Origin: Octopus sinensis
Taxonomy: Eukaryota
Direction of reading: 5' to 3'
NCBI RefSeq assembly: GCF_006345805.1
Contig: NW_021832228.1
Span: forward strand, 124,001-188,000
Length of the DNA: 64,000 nucleotides
The translations under genes and the position numbers were made by a program. Positions 25,104-38,372 of the stretch are shown piece by piece; the first letter of the stretch is position 1, and every line of letters begins with the position of its first letter. The notes beneath the pieces are model-generated. The model worked only from the letters and a program-made list of their open reading frames with translations. It searched no databases and was not told the DNA's origin.

Positions 25104-26719
25104 ATTCCTTTGCTGTTGGATCGAAACAGTTTCTCGAAGTTGCCGGAGATTAGTTCTGCTAATTCTGCGGAGTCTGCAATTCGTCTTCCATTTTTGTCAT
25201 TTATGATTAGTGGTTGTCTGTATTTACGTCCTCGTAATAATCTGATCGCCTCATAATACCTTCCATTGTCTTTCAAGGCTTCCATGGCCTTAATCTGTAT
25301 CTCAGCCTCCTTCCTTGACATATAGGAGACACACTTCTTGATCTTCTTCTTAATATTCGATCTTTCCCGACCAAGTTTTTCTTTGATGTGCTTGTCCTCC
25401 GTATTTAAATATTGTAGCCAAATAGATTTTTGTTTCTAAACAAGGAGCGATATCTTTGTTGTTCCATTTGGTGATGTGGTAACCATTTCTGTGTCCATGA
25501 GCTGTTTCTCCGCTGCTCCTCGTATTGATTCCTGGATTTGTCCCAGAGTTTGGGGAATGTTGATTTGTTTCCACACTTCCCAAATACGTATCAAGGCATT
25601 TCCTATTGTTATCTCCCATTTGTTGTATTGAGAGTCCATTTAAGTCGAATATTCTCTTCCTAAGGATATCCTGCCTTCCTTTGATATTTGTTTTGTTTTT
25701 GTTTAGATGTTTATTCAGTGATATTCTTGCAATGACCATTTTGTGGTCACTGTCAATGTTTGACCCACCATATGACCTTGCGTCAGTGAAAAGAGCTTTG
25801 TCTTTAGATCGACAGATTATATAATCTATCTGGTTGTAAATGTTTATAAATTCGCCGGATAAATTCTTCCTAAACCCCGTCCAAGTAGTTTTGTGTTTTG
25901 CATGAATGCAGTGTTGCAAATAAATAGACCGTTTGCCTGACAAAAATCGGCAAGTAATATTCCTGCCACGTTCCTTATTCCCCTCCCGTGATTTCCCATA
26001 AAGGTTTCATCCGTGTTTCTTCGTAATCCCACTTTGGCGTTAAGGTCGCCAGCAATGATAGTTATTGCCGAGTGAACAAGTTCAGAATAAGCTTCAGACA
26101 GGCAAGAGTAGAACAAGTCTATCTCAGTGGGGTCTTTTTTAATCCATCCACTGTGGGGTGCGTATACGTTTATAACGGATAGTAAGCTTTTAGATGGGCA
26201 AAGCTTATTCATGCTGATCTGAAATACACAAATCCGATCATTTATGCTATAACAACGATGAACCATTGGTTTCAATTCCTTCTTTATTACAAATCCTTGG
26301 CCAAAGTGTCTGCATTCACTGATAGCCCGACAGTTCCTCTTCTAATCCCCCATGCAGTTTTGTCTCCTGTAAACATCCAACAGAGACTTTGTATATTTTC
26401 AGATCTTCGCACAATGCTGTTCTTTTCCAAGATTTAGCGATTCCTCTGACATTAAACGAGAGTTGCGAAAAAAGTGTTAGTTTCCTGAGCTTTTTTGACT
26501 CCATCTTTAAAGAACCACGTCACAAGTTCAATCGAAAAAGTAAAAAAAAATTATTTCTGAATAATATTGGAAAATCTAAGAAAATTAAAATTGCGTTTGT
26601 ACGATTTAATTAAACCTTGATCTAGTGGTTGCAAAACAACGTTGCATCCCGTGGTAAAAATATTATTTAATTTTGGTTTAATTTAATTAAAACTGAATGT
26701 AAATGTTATAAAATTCACC

Positions 26720-27320
26720 TTATGTCTTAGTGAGGACAATTAAAGGAAGGCTTTGATCGAGTTGAAGGCGATTGGACTGCTTGATCTCCAAAAGAAAGTG
26801 GGGGAAGAAGTGTTGTGTGTGATGAAGAAGTCCTGTCGAATTGAGGGACCTGCCTTTGGTCGTCGAGTCAAGAGAGAAAGTCTCCGTGATTCCAGAATAA
26901 CAGAAAGAATAGAAAAACATGAAAAAATGGAATCCGAGAGACTAAGAAGACAACAATTTTAGTTAAAATGTAAAAATTCTGATTTTCAGGAATTTTTGGG
27001 GAGAATTCAGCAACATCAAAAGCAATTCCGTAAAAATATGCGAATTCGCGCAACCAAACTGGGCAAAGTGAGCAAGGCCGTGTTAAACCACCACCTGACG
27101 AATGAACGAGAGCAAAAGAAAGAAGAGGATCGAATTCGGCGGGAAAGAATGGGTCGATTGATGGGAAATAAATAATTTAACACGTTTTTAAAAAGAGGAT
27201 GAAGTGGAATACCGAAAGTTGATAGATCAAAAGAAGGACACCCGATTGAAATACTTGTTGGAACAAACGGACGAATATATAGGGAATATGGCCAAGTTAT
27301 TGCAGTCCCACATGTGTGAT
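26720..27320 (+). pseudogene. Brahma/SMARCA2/4 HSA-region fragment
   Basis: [78 protein letters not shown]. Confidence 0.88.
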
Positions 27321-27854
27321 TGGGGGAGGAAGGACAGGACTGTTATTCCATTGCTTAGAAAATAAAAATTAAATTAGTCTTGTATTAGTAACAACTTCTT
27401 GTGTGAAAATGACCAAAATGGAAGCCGAATGAATAAATTCGTCAAGAAATTAAGTGAACGAGTGATAGTTTTGTTGCAAGACTTTCCTCCACTTCTGGCC
27501 AAAGATTGGGGTTACCAGGATGATAAATTCAGGCGAACAAGTCAATCGGATTTTGGTGATTTTGGCAAAGAAAAAAAATTGCGTTTTTCTTTAAAAAATA
27601 AATCAAAATATCATAATCATTATTTTTTAAAACTATTGTTGTGTTAATAATTTTAGCAAAATTATTTATTAATCCGGGAAATCATTAAATTAAAAACATT
27701 TATTTTAAATTCTTTTTTCTAAATAGTTTCTCCAATTCTGATTCTGCGGAACCGGATGTCTACTTCAGCCACACTCGAAAATAAAAATTAGATGGAGCAG
27801 AGATACATGTCTTCGTTTGGGTCGTCTTCCTCTGGATTAATTAGTTTCCTAATA

Positions 27855-28499
27855 CAGTCGGACCTCGGTTTGAGCCACTTGGTGGCTCATAAACCGAGGT
27901 TGTATCATAAACCGAGGTTCGCTAATAATCCTAAATAACAGTACTTTAAGTAAAAAATAGTTCACAAGAAACAGATAGAAACAGTTCATAAGTTATACTT
28001 TTTTGAAATAATGCGTAATCTTTTCTCCAAAACGATTTTTATCCCGTAAATTAATCATTATTTTTTCCTTAGGGCGTAGAAATCATTTAATAATTTTGGA
28101 GAAAGTTTGCATATAATTTCCTTCATATTATTAATAAGAGTCAGTGGATCTATAATGTCTGTTGATTCAGGCCCATTATAAAAATTTATTTCGCTTTCAA
28201 GCAATTCTTCGACAAAGACTTTGTTCACCATTTCTGTCGATTTTTTATGAGAACTAGCATTATCCAACAACATTAATATTTTTCGGTTTTCAGAAAGCAT
28301 TCTGGTATTTAATTTAAAAACCCAGCTTTTAAAAATTTCAGTTGTCATCCACGTATTTTTAGAAGAAGAGTACATGACGTTAAAAACATCAGGATTGAAT
28401 TGTTTTAAGCACCAAAGGTTTCGATATTTGCCGATAATTAAAGGCTCCAGTTTCTCTCCAAGATAACTGCAGCATAGAAGCAGGCTAACCCTTTCCTTT
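27855..28499 (-). mobile_element. Tigger/pogo 3' part (DDE_1) with TIR
   Basis: TA|CAGTCGGACCTCG terminus; ERVSLLLCC..KLEPLIIGK, WMTTEIF..ILMLLDNASSH. Confidence 0.85.
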
Positions 28500-29799
28500 C
28501 GCCGAATTCGATCCTCTTCTTTCTTTTGCTCTCGTTCATTCGTCAGAAACGAGAATATTTAATATAAATACAACATTGATAGCAATATTGAATTAAATAC
28601 GAATTAAAAAAATCCACAACACAAAAAAATAATATTACGTGCCACGCGAATCCAACATTACTGCAGTTTTCTGAAATGGCCGTCCACAACAACAAAATAT
28701 GGAAAGCACTTTTCTGATTCTTTTCTTTTTCGTACATTTGGGAGAACAAAGAATGGGAGGTCAATCAAGACACAAACTGAGGTCGATGCGGAGCGAGGAT
28801 TCCAGATAGTTAGCACAGGGAAACTTGCCAGCAATGCTAATAGCGTTGATGATAGCCTTCTGGGGAGAATGTTTGAGGGCGGATAAAAAGCAGTCCTCCA
28901 GTTGCCACTCTATCAAGTCCAGAGTTTCACTTTGGCTTCCTTCTGGTTGTTAAGGGGCCCGTTTTAAAGTCTTACATTTCAATTCAATATATCTTGTTTA
29001 TAAACGTAATTTATCTTTCTACACAAAAAAATCATTCACATTTCAACAAATTCAGTCATCTCGGTGTCCGGATCGTTGTTAGAAAAACTCTGCAGATCCA
29101 GACATTTCCTGACATTACTCACCAAAAAGAATTGGACTGCATCTTTTCAAAATTTACACAAACAGAAAAAATGAAAAAAAAATAAATTTCACAAAATTAG
29201 ACATAAACTTTAATTTTTAATCAAAAATACGCACTTTTGGACTAAAGCAAGAAAATTCAATAATTTATCAAAAATACTAAAAAAATATAAATATAGTGAA
29301 GATATTTTACAAGTACAAAAAATAAATAAACGACAAGATTAAAAAAATTAAGTATTGATGAAAAGAACAAAAAGACAAATTATTATATTTATTATACATG
29401 ATTTTGCACAACTAAATTAATCAACTCAAATATATATTTTCTATTCATATCTGATAATGATTACAACACAACAAAGATCAACAAATCGTTGTGACCTCGG
29501 TCATATCAGGACTTCTTCCTTTCTCATACAAATCGGGACATTTGTAAATAAAAAATTCCATTTTAGATCATTTCAGTTTCAGTAATAATCACATCCAGCT
29601 TTAATGACACATTTATTCTACATGGAAGAGAATATATTCAGTTCTGTGGAGCAACGTCGCTGATTTTCAGTATCCTGCACTTTCTATTTTATTTTCTCAA
29701 AATAAATACAAAATTCGGACCTTCTCGTCAAAGATTTATCGAAATGATAATATATTTTGGATTTACAATTATATATTTTATAACCATAGTCATTTAGGA

Positions 29800-31947
29800 C
29801 AGTGTTTCTCAACCTTTTTTTCCCTGAGGCCCATTTTCAGGGTCATATAAAATCTCAGGCCCATTGCCTTTAATAAAACTTTGATTAACAAAAAAGTATT
29901 TTTATTAACATAAAAAATCTTATTAAAATGTCAATGACTACACTGCTCTTGATGTCTATCTATCAATTTGTCAAGTTGAATTTCCAGATCTTGGTTCAAC
30001 CTCAAACGTAAGTCTCCTCTCTTCTCAATCTGCAATTGATTGCGTTTTTTTGTGAGTAAATCGTTTGTTGCAGAAAATCCTATCTCAACCAACCAAGTGG
30101 TGGGAAAGCCAAGTACAAACGGAACAACTTTTTCAAAGAGTAATGGATGAATCGATTCTACTTTCATCCATCCATATAAGCCATCCCTTTCAATATTTTT
30201 CATTAATACTTTGTTCTCCTTCAGTTCAAGAAGTTCTCCAGCAATAATAGGATCAATGTCTTTTTCACTTAATACGTCAAAATGTGCTATATCTATAATC
30301 CAACTAGGCGGATTCATTTCGATGATATCTTTAAATCTTCTAGTCATATCTTCTTTCAAGCATTTCAAGTGGTCAGTGCAGCTTGCGATTACTTCTGAGC
30401 TCGGAGCAGTTTTGGCAAAATTACAAAAATAAGCAAATTCATTTTTTTGAAGATGCATCTTCCAGAGACATAACTTGTTCAAAAAAGAGCGTACTTTCTC
30501 AGCACTATCTATCAGATTAGCATTTCGCCCTTGCAGTGTCATGTTCAGTTGGTTGACATGTGCGAATAAGTCAGCCAGGTAAAAAATCCTTGCTTTTGTA
30601 TCGTTGTTATTTATCACTGAAAACAAAGTCTCAGCTTTATCTTTCTGCTTCTTGCTACAAGCTTGTGTTTTCATGTCATGAACAAAAATAAGAACCATAT
30701 CCCACATTTCAGCAAGACGAACTAGGGAATTTCCTTTGGAAAGCCATCTCACTTCAGTGTGCATGAGGAGTCTCTGGTGGTCCTCATGTTCACATAAATG
30801 TTGAAATAGGCGGTCATGCAAAGCATTGGCTTTGACAAAATTCACTGTTGAAACAGCGACTTTCAATGCATGTTCCATGTCATCATTGAGAGATTTAGCA
30901 CAAAGATGTTCTCGATGGATGATGCAATGAATTGCCAATATATGAGGGGCAACTTTTTTTAATTTAGCTACAAAGCCATTCTGTTTGCCGGTCATAGCGC
31001 TGGCACCGTCTGTTGCAATCTGCAACAGATTTGACAGAGGGATCCCATTATCGTACAGATAGTCGTAAACAGCCGCATATATAGTGTCGCTTCGTGTGTC
31101 AATCAACTTTTTTATAAATAACATTTCTTCATGAATTGCCATTGCATCAATATATCGGACATAAGTAAGTAATAAGGCAGAATTGTTGATTGTTGTCTCA
31201 TGTCTCACACAAGCTGTTTCTCGAGGTTTTCTGCCATTTCAATTTGCCTTCTCTTCACTGTGTCATTAGACAATGGGATTTTTTGTAGAATGTTGGCAGC
31301 CTGTTCTCCTAGCAGTTCTTTAGCACAGATCAACATTGCTGGCTTCACCAGACGTTCTGCAATTGTATGTGGCTTCCCCACCTTAGCAACCAGTTCACTC
31401 ACTGCATAACTGACTTTTAGTGTCTTGTTATTATGCTCATTTGCTTTTTTTAAGCAGAATTCTAAAGTTTTTGGAGCATTCTTTTGGCGTAACTCCACTT
31501 TCTTCCTGAAATAGCTGCGCTCCTTTCCAACAGAAGCAGGATGCTTCAACTGTTGATGGGCGAACAATTTTGATTTCTTCATGGAAACATTTGTCATTAC
31601 TAAGCCACAGTCCACACATTCAGGCCTCTTAGAATCAGCACTTGATGGGATGAAGCCTAGTAATAAAAAATCAGTCTGGTATTTGCGTGTAGTCTTCCTT
31701 TTTTCCTTGTGTACTTTTGACATGAACTATACAATCAGGCCTATAATATTTAAATTTAAATATGACAATATCATTAAATTAAAAACAAATCAAATCAATT
31801 TGAAAATAATAACGAATAAAGATTTATTAGTATTAGTATTAACATATTTTCTTTGAGGCCCACTCCAGGCCCAATTAAATCTTCAGGCCCATTTCAAAAT
31901 TTCTCAGGCCCACAAGTGGGCCTGGGGCCCAACGTTGAGAAACACTG
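29800..31947 (-). mobile_element. Near-complete hAT (Buster / ZBED5-SCAND3-like) transposon
   Basis: TIRs CAGTGTTTCTCAAC; 8-bp TSD ATTTAGGA (29792-29799, 31948-31955); ORFs 31205-31723 and 29931-31208 with ATDGASAM, HCIIHRE, HTEVRWLSKG, TTWLVEIGFS; AGGCCC subterminal repeats. Confidence 0.95.
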
Positions 31948-32984
31948 ATTTAGGAGCTGATAGTGAGCCTTGTACTACAATATTGGCAGAGGGATAATCT
32001 TTGTTACAGCAGTATTAATGTTTTTATAATTTTTTAGTTATTCTGTTGTTTTGGTACAATACTCAATGCTTATTGTGTTTATATGTCGTATGTCGACGTA
32101 TATGTATAAAATAATTGACTTTTTAACGTTTTTGGTCTTTTTTATTTTGATTTAATTAAAATATTCAAACATAGATATTAATAGATAATCTTGTTACTAC
32201 AATCAATGTGGTGTAACCACCGATTAGAATAACAATTGGTTATTTTTATTAAAAATGTTGAAATATTTAAACACTTTGATATAAGATTATTTAAGCAGTT
32301 TAAAAAAATTATTCAACTAGGCCAAGGGCAGTCTCTAGGTGATTCTGGTGATCTTCTGAGAAAGTAAAAACAGCCACAAAACTGTTTCATCAAAACATTT
32401 CAGGGCACGAGGGAATTTTAAATTGAACAGCTTTTTGGGAACATGACTGGACTCGACACAAAGTTGACCTCATCCTCAGGGAAAGGCAGAGACTCGGAAT
32501 TGTCCTGTCGTGTATAAGACAAGACAAACAAGTGATTCCATGTCGTATAGTGTGAATAAATGCTCCCATATCTCGGCTGGGGAGAGTTGATGGGGCATAT
32601 TTAGTTGTACTTTCTGCAGGCAAATATCATTCGAAAATGTTTATTAAGTCCTTTTATTAAGGATATGTAATTACCTACTGGCTTGGTTCTCTTTAGTGCT
32701 GAGAATAAATATATTTCGTTCTTCCGGTCAAGTAATGTCCTTTCCACAATGACACACAAAGAATAACTTATTTAAATAATAATTTATTATTTTTTATACA
32801 TAACGCCAATCAAATCAAACTCGCCTCACTAAACGCAGCCGCATAACCACACGTAGGGGACTGGTTAGATTCCGTCCCACTATCCTCAGCCGGTTTACTT
32901 TTGGATGATGAGTCAGTTCGTCTCCGTACCTGTTTAGGACAAAATCTCTTTAAACCATTGGTTGATAATTAATGTGTTAATAGA

Positions 32985-33710
32985 TTAATCGGCCTGACGG
33001 ATCGCCAAACTGTTCCCCATGAGAACGGCAATCGAAAACCGCTGGAAAAACCAGTCCACCTCGCATGGAGATTTTTTCCGCAAGCTTGCGTAGGAAGTTT
33101 TCCGTCTTTAGACCAAGAGAACCCGACGTTTCTACCGCTATCGGGATCACGAAAAACTCATTCGTAAGGGCGGAACATTTGGTTAGGTTTAAATCTTCAG
33201 CAGCAGATTTAGCTTCCAGAGGAAGTTAGCTGTGAAGCAGAAAATGTATCCAAATAGGTTGCGTCCCATACGATACCTTTTCCAATTTTAAAAGGAAATA
33301 AAGTCATCCGTCAGGACGTTTCCCGTCATGGTTTGAGGACCAAAGGAAATCACGCCGAGTTAAGGGTGCTCCATATGATCTCACCTCTTTAAATAATAGC
33401 AATTAAAAAAAGTAAAAAAGCCTGCCGGACAGACACAAAAATTAGCATATTTTAAGGTAATTGGACCAATTTCGGCTATTTTGATAGATAGATAAGGGTT
33501 TATTTTGCAAAGGGATATCAGACATAAAAGAAATTAAGGGCCAGTAATGGCCTTACACGCAGGGTCGTCCGGGGCTATTTTCTTCTCTTCTCTAGAAACT
33601 TTTAAACTTGGGTTTCAACAAGCTCGCCAATCATAGGAAAGACTTCGCGCCAGCTCGGTATTTTCTCTCTTAGATTTACGCCGAATGCCACCTTGAGCGC
33701 TAATCTCGTA
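32985..33710 (-). mobile_element. Degraded CRE-like fragments
   Basis: DGKRPDG, WDAT, IAVLMGN, RPLLAL remnants. Confidence 0.6.
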
Positions 33711-33773
33711 TTAATGCCTGGTCGTATTAATGGACTTGTTTCATTAGTTAAATCTAAAAATAATAAGATAATA

Positions 33774-34496
33774 TGTCGCATGCACAACGCGCACTACGCC
33801 CCGAGCGCACATTATCGATTAGTCATATTGTAATTTTTATAAATTTTTTCGAAATTATTGAATATAATGACACAAATGGCACTTTAAAAATATTATAATA
33901 TATTTATTAATTTGTTAATATCTTTTTTTCATCAAATTTTAATTAAATATTACGCACGCTATATACTATGGATTGTTCACGTTTGGTTTTCCAAAACAAA
34001 AGAAGTTATATAAGAAATGTGACCGGTTGAATACGAGCCCAGGTTGATTAGGGTCAGGGTTAGGGGTTTGGGTTAGGGTCAGGGGTTAGCGTCAGTTTTA
34101 GGGTCAGGGATTAGGGTTAGGGTCTGTTTTCTTTAGTGGCTTTTTATGATGAATATGTTTATAAATAACGTTGAAATCATTTATAGTTAGAGTTAAAGTT
34201 AAGGTTAGAGTTAAAGTTGTTACAAACTTGCCAAAAAATTTGATGTAAATTATAATTTGCTAATGTTGCAATTTATAATATCAAAAATAAAAATAATTCA
34301 CATTATAATTTGCTAATGTTGTAAATAATTTTACTATTTTAAAGCAAACATGGTTCAAATATAAAACATCATTTTTTCAAAAATTTAAAGTTCAATCATT
34401 AGTTCGGAACGTTTGCCTTTATTTTAATTGGCCTTTTGAATTATTAGCGAATCAATAATGTGCGCTCAGGGCGTAGGGCGCGTTGTGCATGTGACA
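33774..34496. mobile_element. Non-autonomous TGTC-terminated MITE with internal TTAGGG-like array
   Basis: About 42-bp TIR TGTC(G/A)CATGCACAACGCGC..GAGCGCACATTAT; 5-bp TSD TAATA (33769-33773, 34497-34501). Confidence 0.9.
34040..34125 (+). repeat. Degenerate telomere-like (TTAGGG/TCAGGG)n array
   Basis: TTAGGGTCAGGGTTAGGGGTTTGGGTTAGGGTCAGGGG... Confidence 0.9.
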
Positions 34497-35489
34497 TAAT
34501 ATCATCACATTGTTTTTTGCATCGAGAAGTATTGGTTGTAAAAACATTACCTATGAATTTAAAATCTGTCTTGAATGATATTATCCGAATGATTAACAAT
34601 ATAAAAAGTCGAACCAAAAAATCTCACATTTTTACTACTATTTATGATGAAATGGGGTCAAACTTTACAAATTTGTTACTTCATACCGAAATTCGATGGC
34701 TATCAAGGGGTAGAGCATTAACGAGTGTTTTTTAATTAAAGGACGAAATGTATGAGTTTTTTAAATTGGAAGGGCATTCTGAATTTGTTGAAAAATTTCA
34801 GAATCCAATTTGGTCTTTAAAACTTGCGTATTTATCTGACATTTTACAAATATTAAACGAGGTTAATGCAAGTATGCAAGGACGTTCTGAGACTATATTA
34901 TTGTCGACGGACAAATTAAATTCTTTGAAAATGAAAATCAGTTTTTGGAGAAAAAGGGTTTTAGATGGCGATTATAATATGTTTCATAGTACATATAGTT
35001 AATTTAATAATTTTGGAAGACAAAATGGATACTTATTTTCCAGACTTAGAAATTAAAAATTCGATTGGGTTATTAGTTTTTTAATATATTTATATACGAA
35101 ATTTTTTTATTGTCCCTGAATCAAAAAACTTGTCTATTAAAGAAAATGAAGAACTTATTGCGCTATTTAATCATCGATCCTTATGATTAAAAATGACGGA
35201 GTTAGACATTGGAGAATTCTGGATATATATTCGAAACATATATCCCAGTTTATCAAAACAAGCACTGACCATAATTTTACAGTTTTCAACGACCTATTTA
35301 TGCGAAGCAGATTTTTCTAAGCTGCATAATATGAAACATAACAAACGCGAAAGTTTGAGAAACATTGATGCTGAAATGCGGGTGGCTCTGTCAACCATTC
35401 GACCTGATATTGATGATATATGCAACAACAATAATAATTAAGATTTCATTTTCATAGTAATTTTGTGGAAATTAGAGCACCTATTTAAT

Positions 35490-36325
35490 TAGTACCAGTG
35501 GATAAGATGGAATGGCATTTCCCACGCAAGATGGCTATTGATATGCGTTGGAAAAGCCATGTTCGTTCCCGATGATCATTTCTCCTTCTGCTTGCCAGGT
35601 CCCCCAGTTTAATAAGGAATTTTTTAGTTCTGAGACCGAGGACTTCCGACGTCTCCACTGCGATCAGGACAAAGAGATGACTTTAAGATAATGCACTGTA
35701 TTTCTTGATTTTTAGCGTTTCGGCCAGGTTAGCTGCGGAGCCCGGCTCTGCGGCTGACGTAAAGATGTTTCCGGCTGAGAAGGTGTCCGTGCAAGTTGCG
35801 TCCCAGATGAGCGACTTGCCATTTTCGAAAGGGAAAGTCGTTAGGCCGTCAGGACGTTTACCATCCACACGAATCAGGCCGACCGGTTCCAACTGTGATG
35901 GGAATCCGGCATTTTCGAGGGTTCGATCAACTATGTCGTTCAGGGCAGTGTGTCAGGGAAAGAATTTTCATTATTAATAAAAATTTGGGCATAAAATTAC
36001 CAATTTTTGTACTTTTAAAACTTTTTTTGTTAGAAAATTATATTTAAAATTAATCAAATTAGGTCAAGAGAAAAATCGTCATTGGCAGATAGCCAGAGTA
36101 TTGCCTCTGACTATAGCTATAGATATTCGTTCGATTAAATACCGGTGCTCACATGGGTTGCCGGTAACCCTTTCGATTAATGAGGCAATGCGCTGGAGTA
36201 GGGTCCGAGTAGAAGACCCCTGTATTCCTGACATCTCAACAGCCAGGGGGACAAACACTCTGCCATTCCCAATTCCAGCGTATTTCTCTGCTTTTCTCTT
36301 CTCAGCCCGTTCAGGAAAGGGATAA
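35490..36325 (-). mobile_element. Two CRE-like RLE 3' fragments
   Basis: EPVGLIRVDGKRPDG..WDATCTDT..KIKKY; FQRISIAILRGN; FVPLAVEMSG. Confidence 0.8.
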
Positions 36326-36334
36326 TTTTATGCT

Positions 36335-37222
36335 TCTTATTTCTGATGCTGCAAGGTATATGATGGCGGGTATTGTTTTAATGAATTGAGCGATTATTAA
36401 AATACAGTTAGAAAAGGCAGAAGGATTGTTTAAGACTACGCAGGTTAGGGCGCTTTCCCAGCCTCACGGATTGCGAATCTGGTTGCATTGTTTTAATTCA
36501 TTTACGATTTAGCCGGGAAAGTTTTAAAAAATCTATATCCTAATCTTTTTTATGTCAATTGCGTCGCCTATATTTTACATAATTGTTCAATGGAGGTCAG
36601 AAAATCTTATCCAAAAGTCGATAATGTGATAGCTAGCGTACAAGCTTCTATTAGGAAGAACAAAAAGCGACAATTGTTGTTTTCAGAAATTGGAATTCCA
36701 CCAAAAGTCGTATTTACTAGATTGGGTACCTGGTTAAAAGCTGCATCTCATTATTCAAAAAATTTAATCAAATTAATATTATCGAGTTAATTGAGAACGA
36801 GGGAATTTTAGTAACCTCTACGAAGAGTGCATTGAAAAATGAGAGATTAGTACAAAGTTTATGTGCAATTTCGCATTGCTATTCACATGTTACAGGTTGT
36901 TCTTAGATTTATAGAAAAAATATTAAAATTTGAGAGTAACGAATGCACAATAGACTACGCATATTCGACTCTTAGTGTAATGGAATTTGGGAAAGATGAA
37001 ATAGCGGTTAAAAATATTTGGAGAAGAGAATTTCGGAAATAAGTTTTGTCTTTATTGTCTCGTATAAAAGTATAAACTAAAAACTTTACAAGTTAAAGTT
37101 GAGAAAAAATAAAGTTAATTTTTTTTAATTTTAAAGTTAAAAATTTTGGTTTATAGGTTAATAAAGTTAACTTTTTAAGGTTAAATTTTTCTAATTTTAA
37201 GGTTAAAAAATGTTCGCCCTAG
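36335..37222 (+). mobile_element. CGGBP1-like / hAT-related transposase remnant
   Basis: ISDAARYM, NCVAYILHNC, PPKVVFTRLGTWLKAA; ends ..TTCGCCCTA; homologous to 41290-42372. Confidence 0.7.
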
Positions 37223-37799
37223 TTATAACACATACTAGCAGACCTACTCTAATATTTGTTTTGTCTTTATCTCCTTGATTGTAGAACTCTTTAAGATTGC
37301 TTAAATTGTCAAATAAACAAAAGTTTTGTTCAGAAAGCATTGTGTTATAGTTGACTTCGAAAATCACAGCAGGATGCTTTTTTTACTTTCAACTTTTTCT
37401 TCTAAATATCGTCTCAGTTCTCCAGATTCCATGCTGTAAATAGCAATTAAGTCTAACTTTTTAAAGAATTTTTCTTCACAATTAAATCAATAGATTGAAA
37501 ATTGCTGCCTTGAATCAAAAATGATGATGAGAAGTGAAAACTGACCAGCAGATTGACGATTGTATAATGACTCCATCTGACCCTAGCTCCCTTCAAGCCC
37601 CGCTGAAACAACTTTGCGCAAAAACATTTCGAAAGTAGTAACACGAGTTTGAAAAATGCTGTAAAGTTATGATTAAATACTGGATTCGGGTTGTGCCTAG
37701 AGATTCTAATCAAGGACCATTTGCAGCGCTTTTTCCAGATGAGCAAATTCAGTAGGAGAAGCTTCTGGAAGGTTTCTTAATTTGCTAATTTCACGTTCG

Positions 37800-38372
37800 G
37801 TAGTGGTGACATCATCCCCAAAACTTAAAGAGTGAACATCAAGAGCTGCAAGCTTTTTGTGAATTACTTGTATGCTACGCCTTCTTTTAGCTTGAGAGGT
37901 AGCTCTTGTCTTTTCCTGACACGAGTATGACTAGACCTTTTTATTGCCGAATCTTGAGAAGAGCGTGATTTCAAAATCGCAAAGATTTTTCTACGACAAA
38001 ACTTTGGGAGGAAAATGCAAATTTCTTACCATTTTTTGACTCGAAAATGCTTAGAGCTTTACGTAGAGTTTTTGCTAGAGGCTCCAGTAGCTTTCCATCT
38101 TAACGTTCTTTAAGCTCTCCTTGAAGCGTGATCAAAGCGTCAAAGTAAATCAAGTAAAAATGGAGAAGCGTGTTACTTTGATGATTCGATTAAAAAAGCC
38201 TTAGGAGAACAGAGTTGTAATGCTGGAAGATAAAGACTATTCGATTAGTAAATCACTCGTGCATGAAATGAACCGGATCTACTCTATTGAAGGAGGAAGA
38301 GATCTTATTGAGCGGTTTCAGAGTGAAGCTCTTCTTAAGTTTGATGCTTATGATCAAAAGAGAAAGAAGTGA
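37800..38372 (+). pseudogene. Decayed intronless ORF convergent with and overlapping surE, possibly bacterial hypothetical protein
   Basis: 3' frame ..MLEDKDYSISKSLVHEMNRIYSIEGGRDLIERFQSEALLKFDAYDQKRKK* ends near 38372, overlapping the surE stop at 38354; 5' limit unclear. Confidence 0.35.

Larger units (their letters stand above)
22800..26500 (-). mobile_element. Second RTE LINE copy, fragmented and interrupted by insertions
   Basis: Homologous to 2991-5910: SFNVRG, CLQETK, GDLNAK, NQIDY, SDHK, KSPGPDG..ELLKYG, WRLFGHILRM, RGRPR. Confidence 0.88.
33712..35445 (+). mobile_element. hAT transposase fragment, split by a MITE
   Basis: MPGRINGLVSLVKSKNNKII | SSHCFLHRE..HTEIRWLSRG..LAYLSDI..FSTTYLCEADFS; the frame is restored by removing 33774-34496 plus one TSD. 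Confidence 0.88.

Noticed and set aside
28560-29150. Exon-like GC-richer segment (also 32330-32760 and 45060-45210)
   Set aside because: Probably further gene fragments, but no family could be recognised
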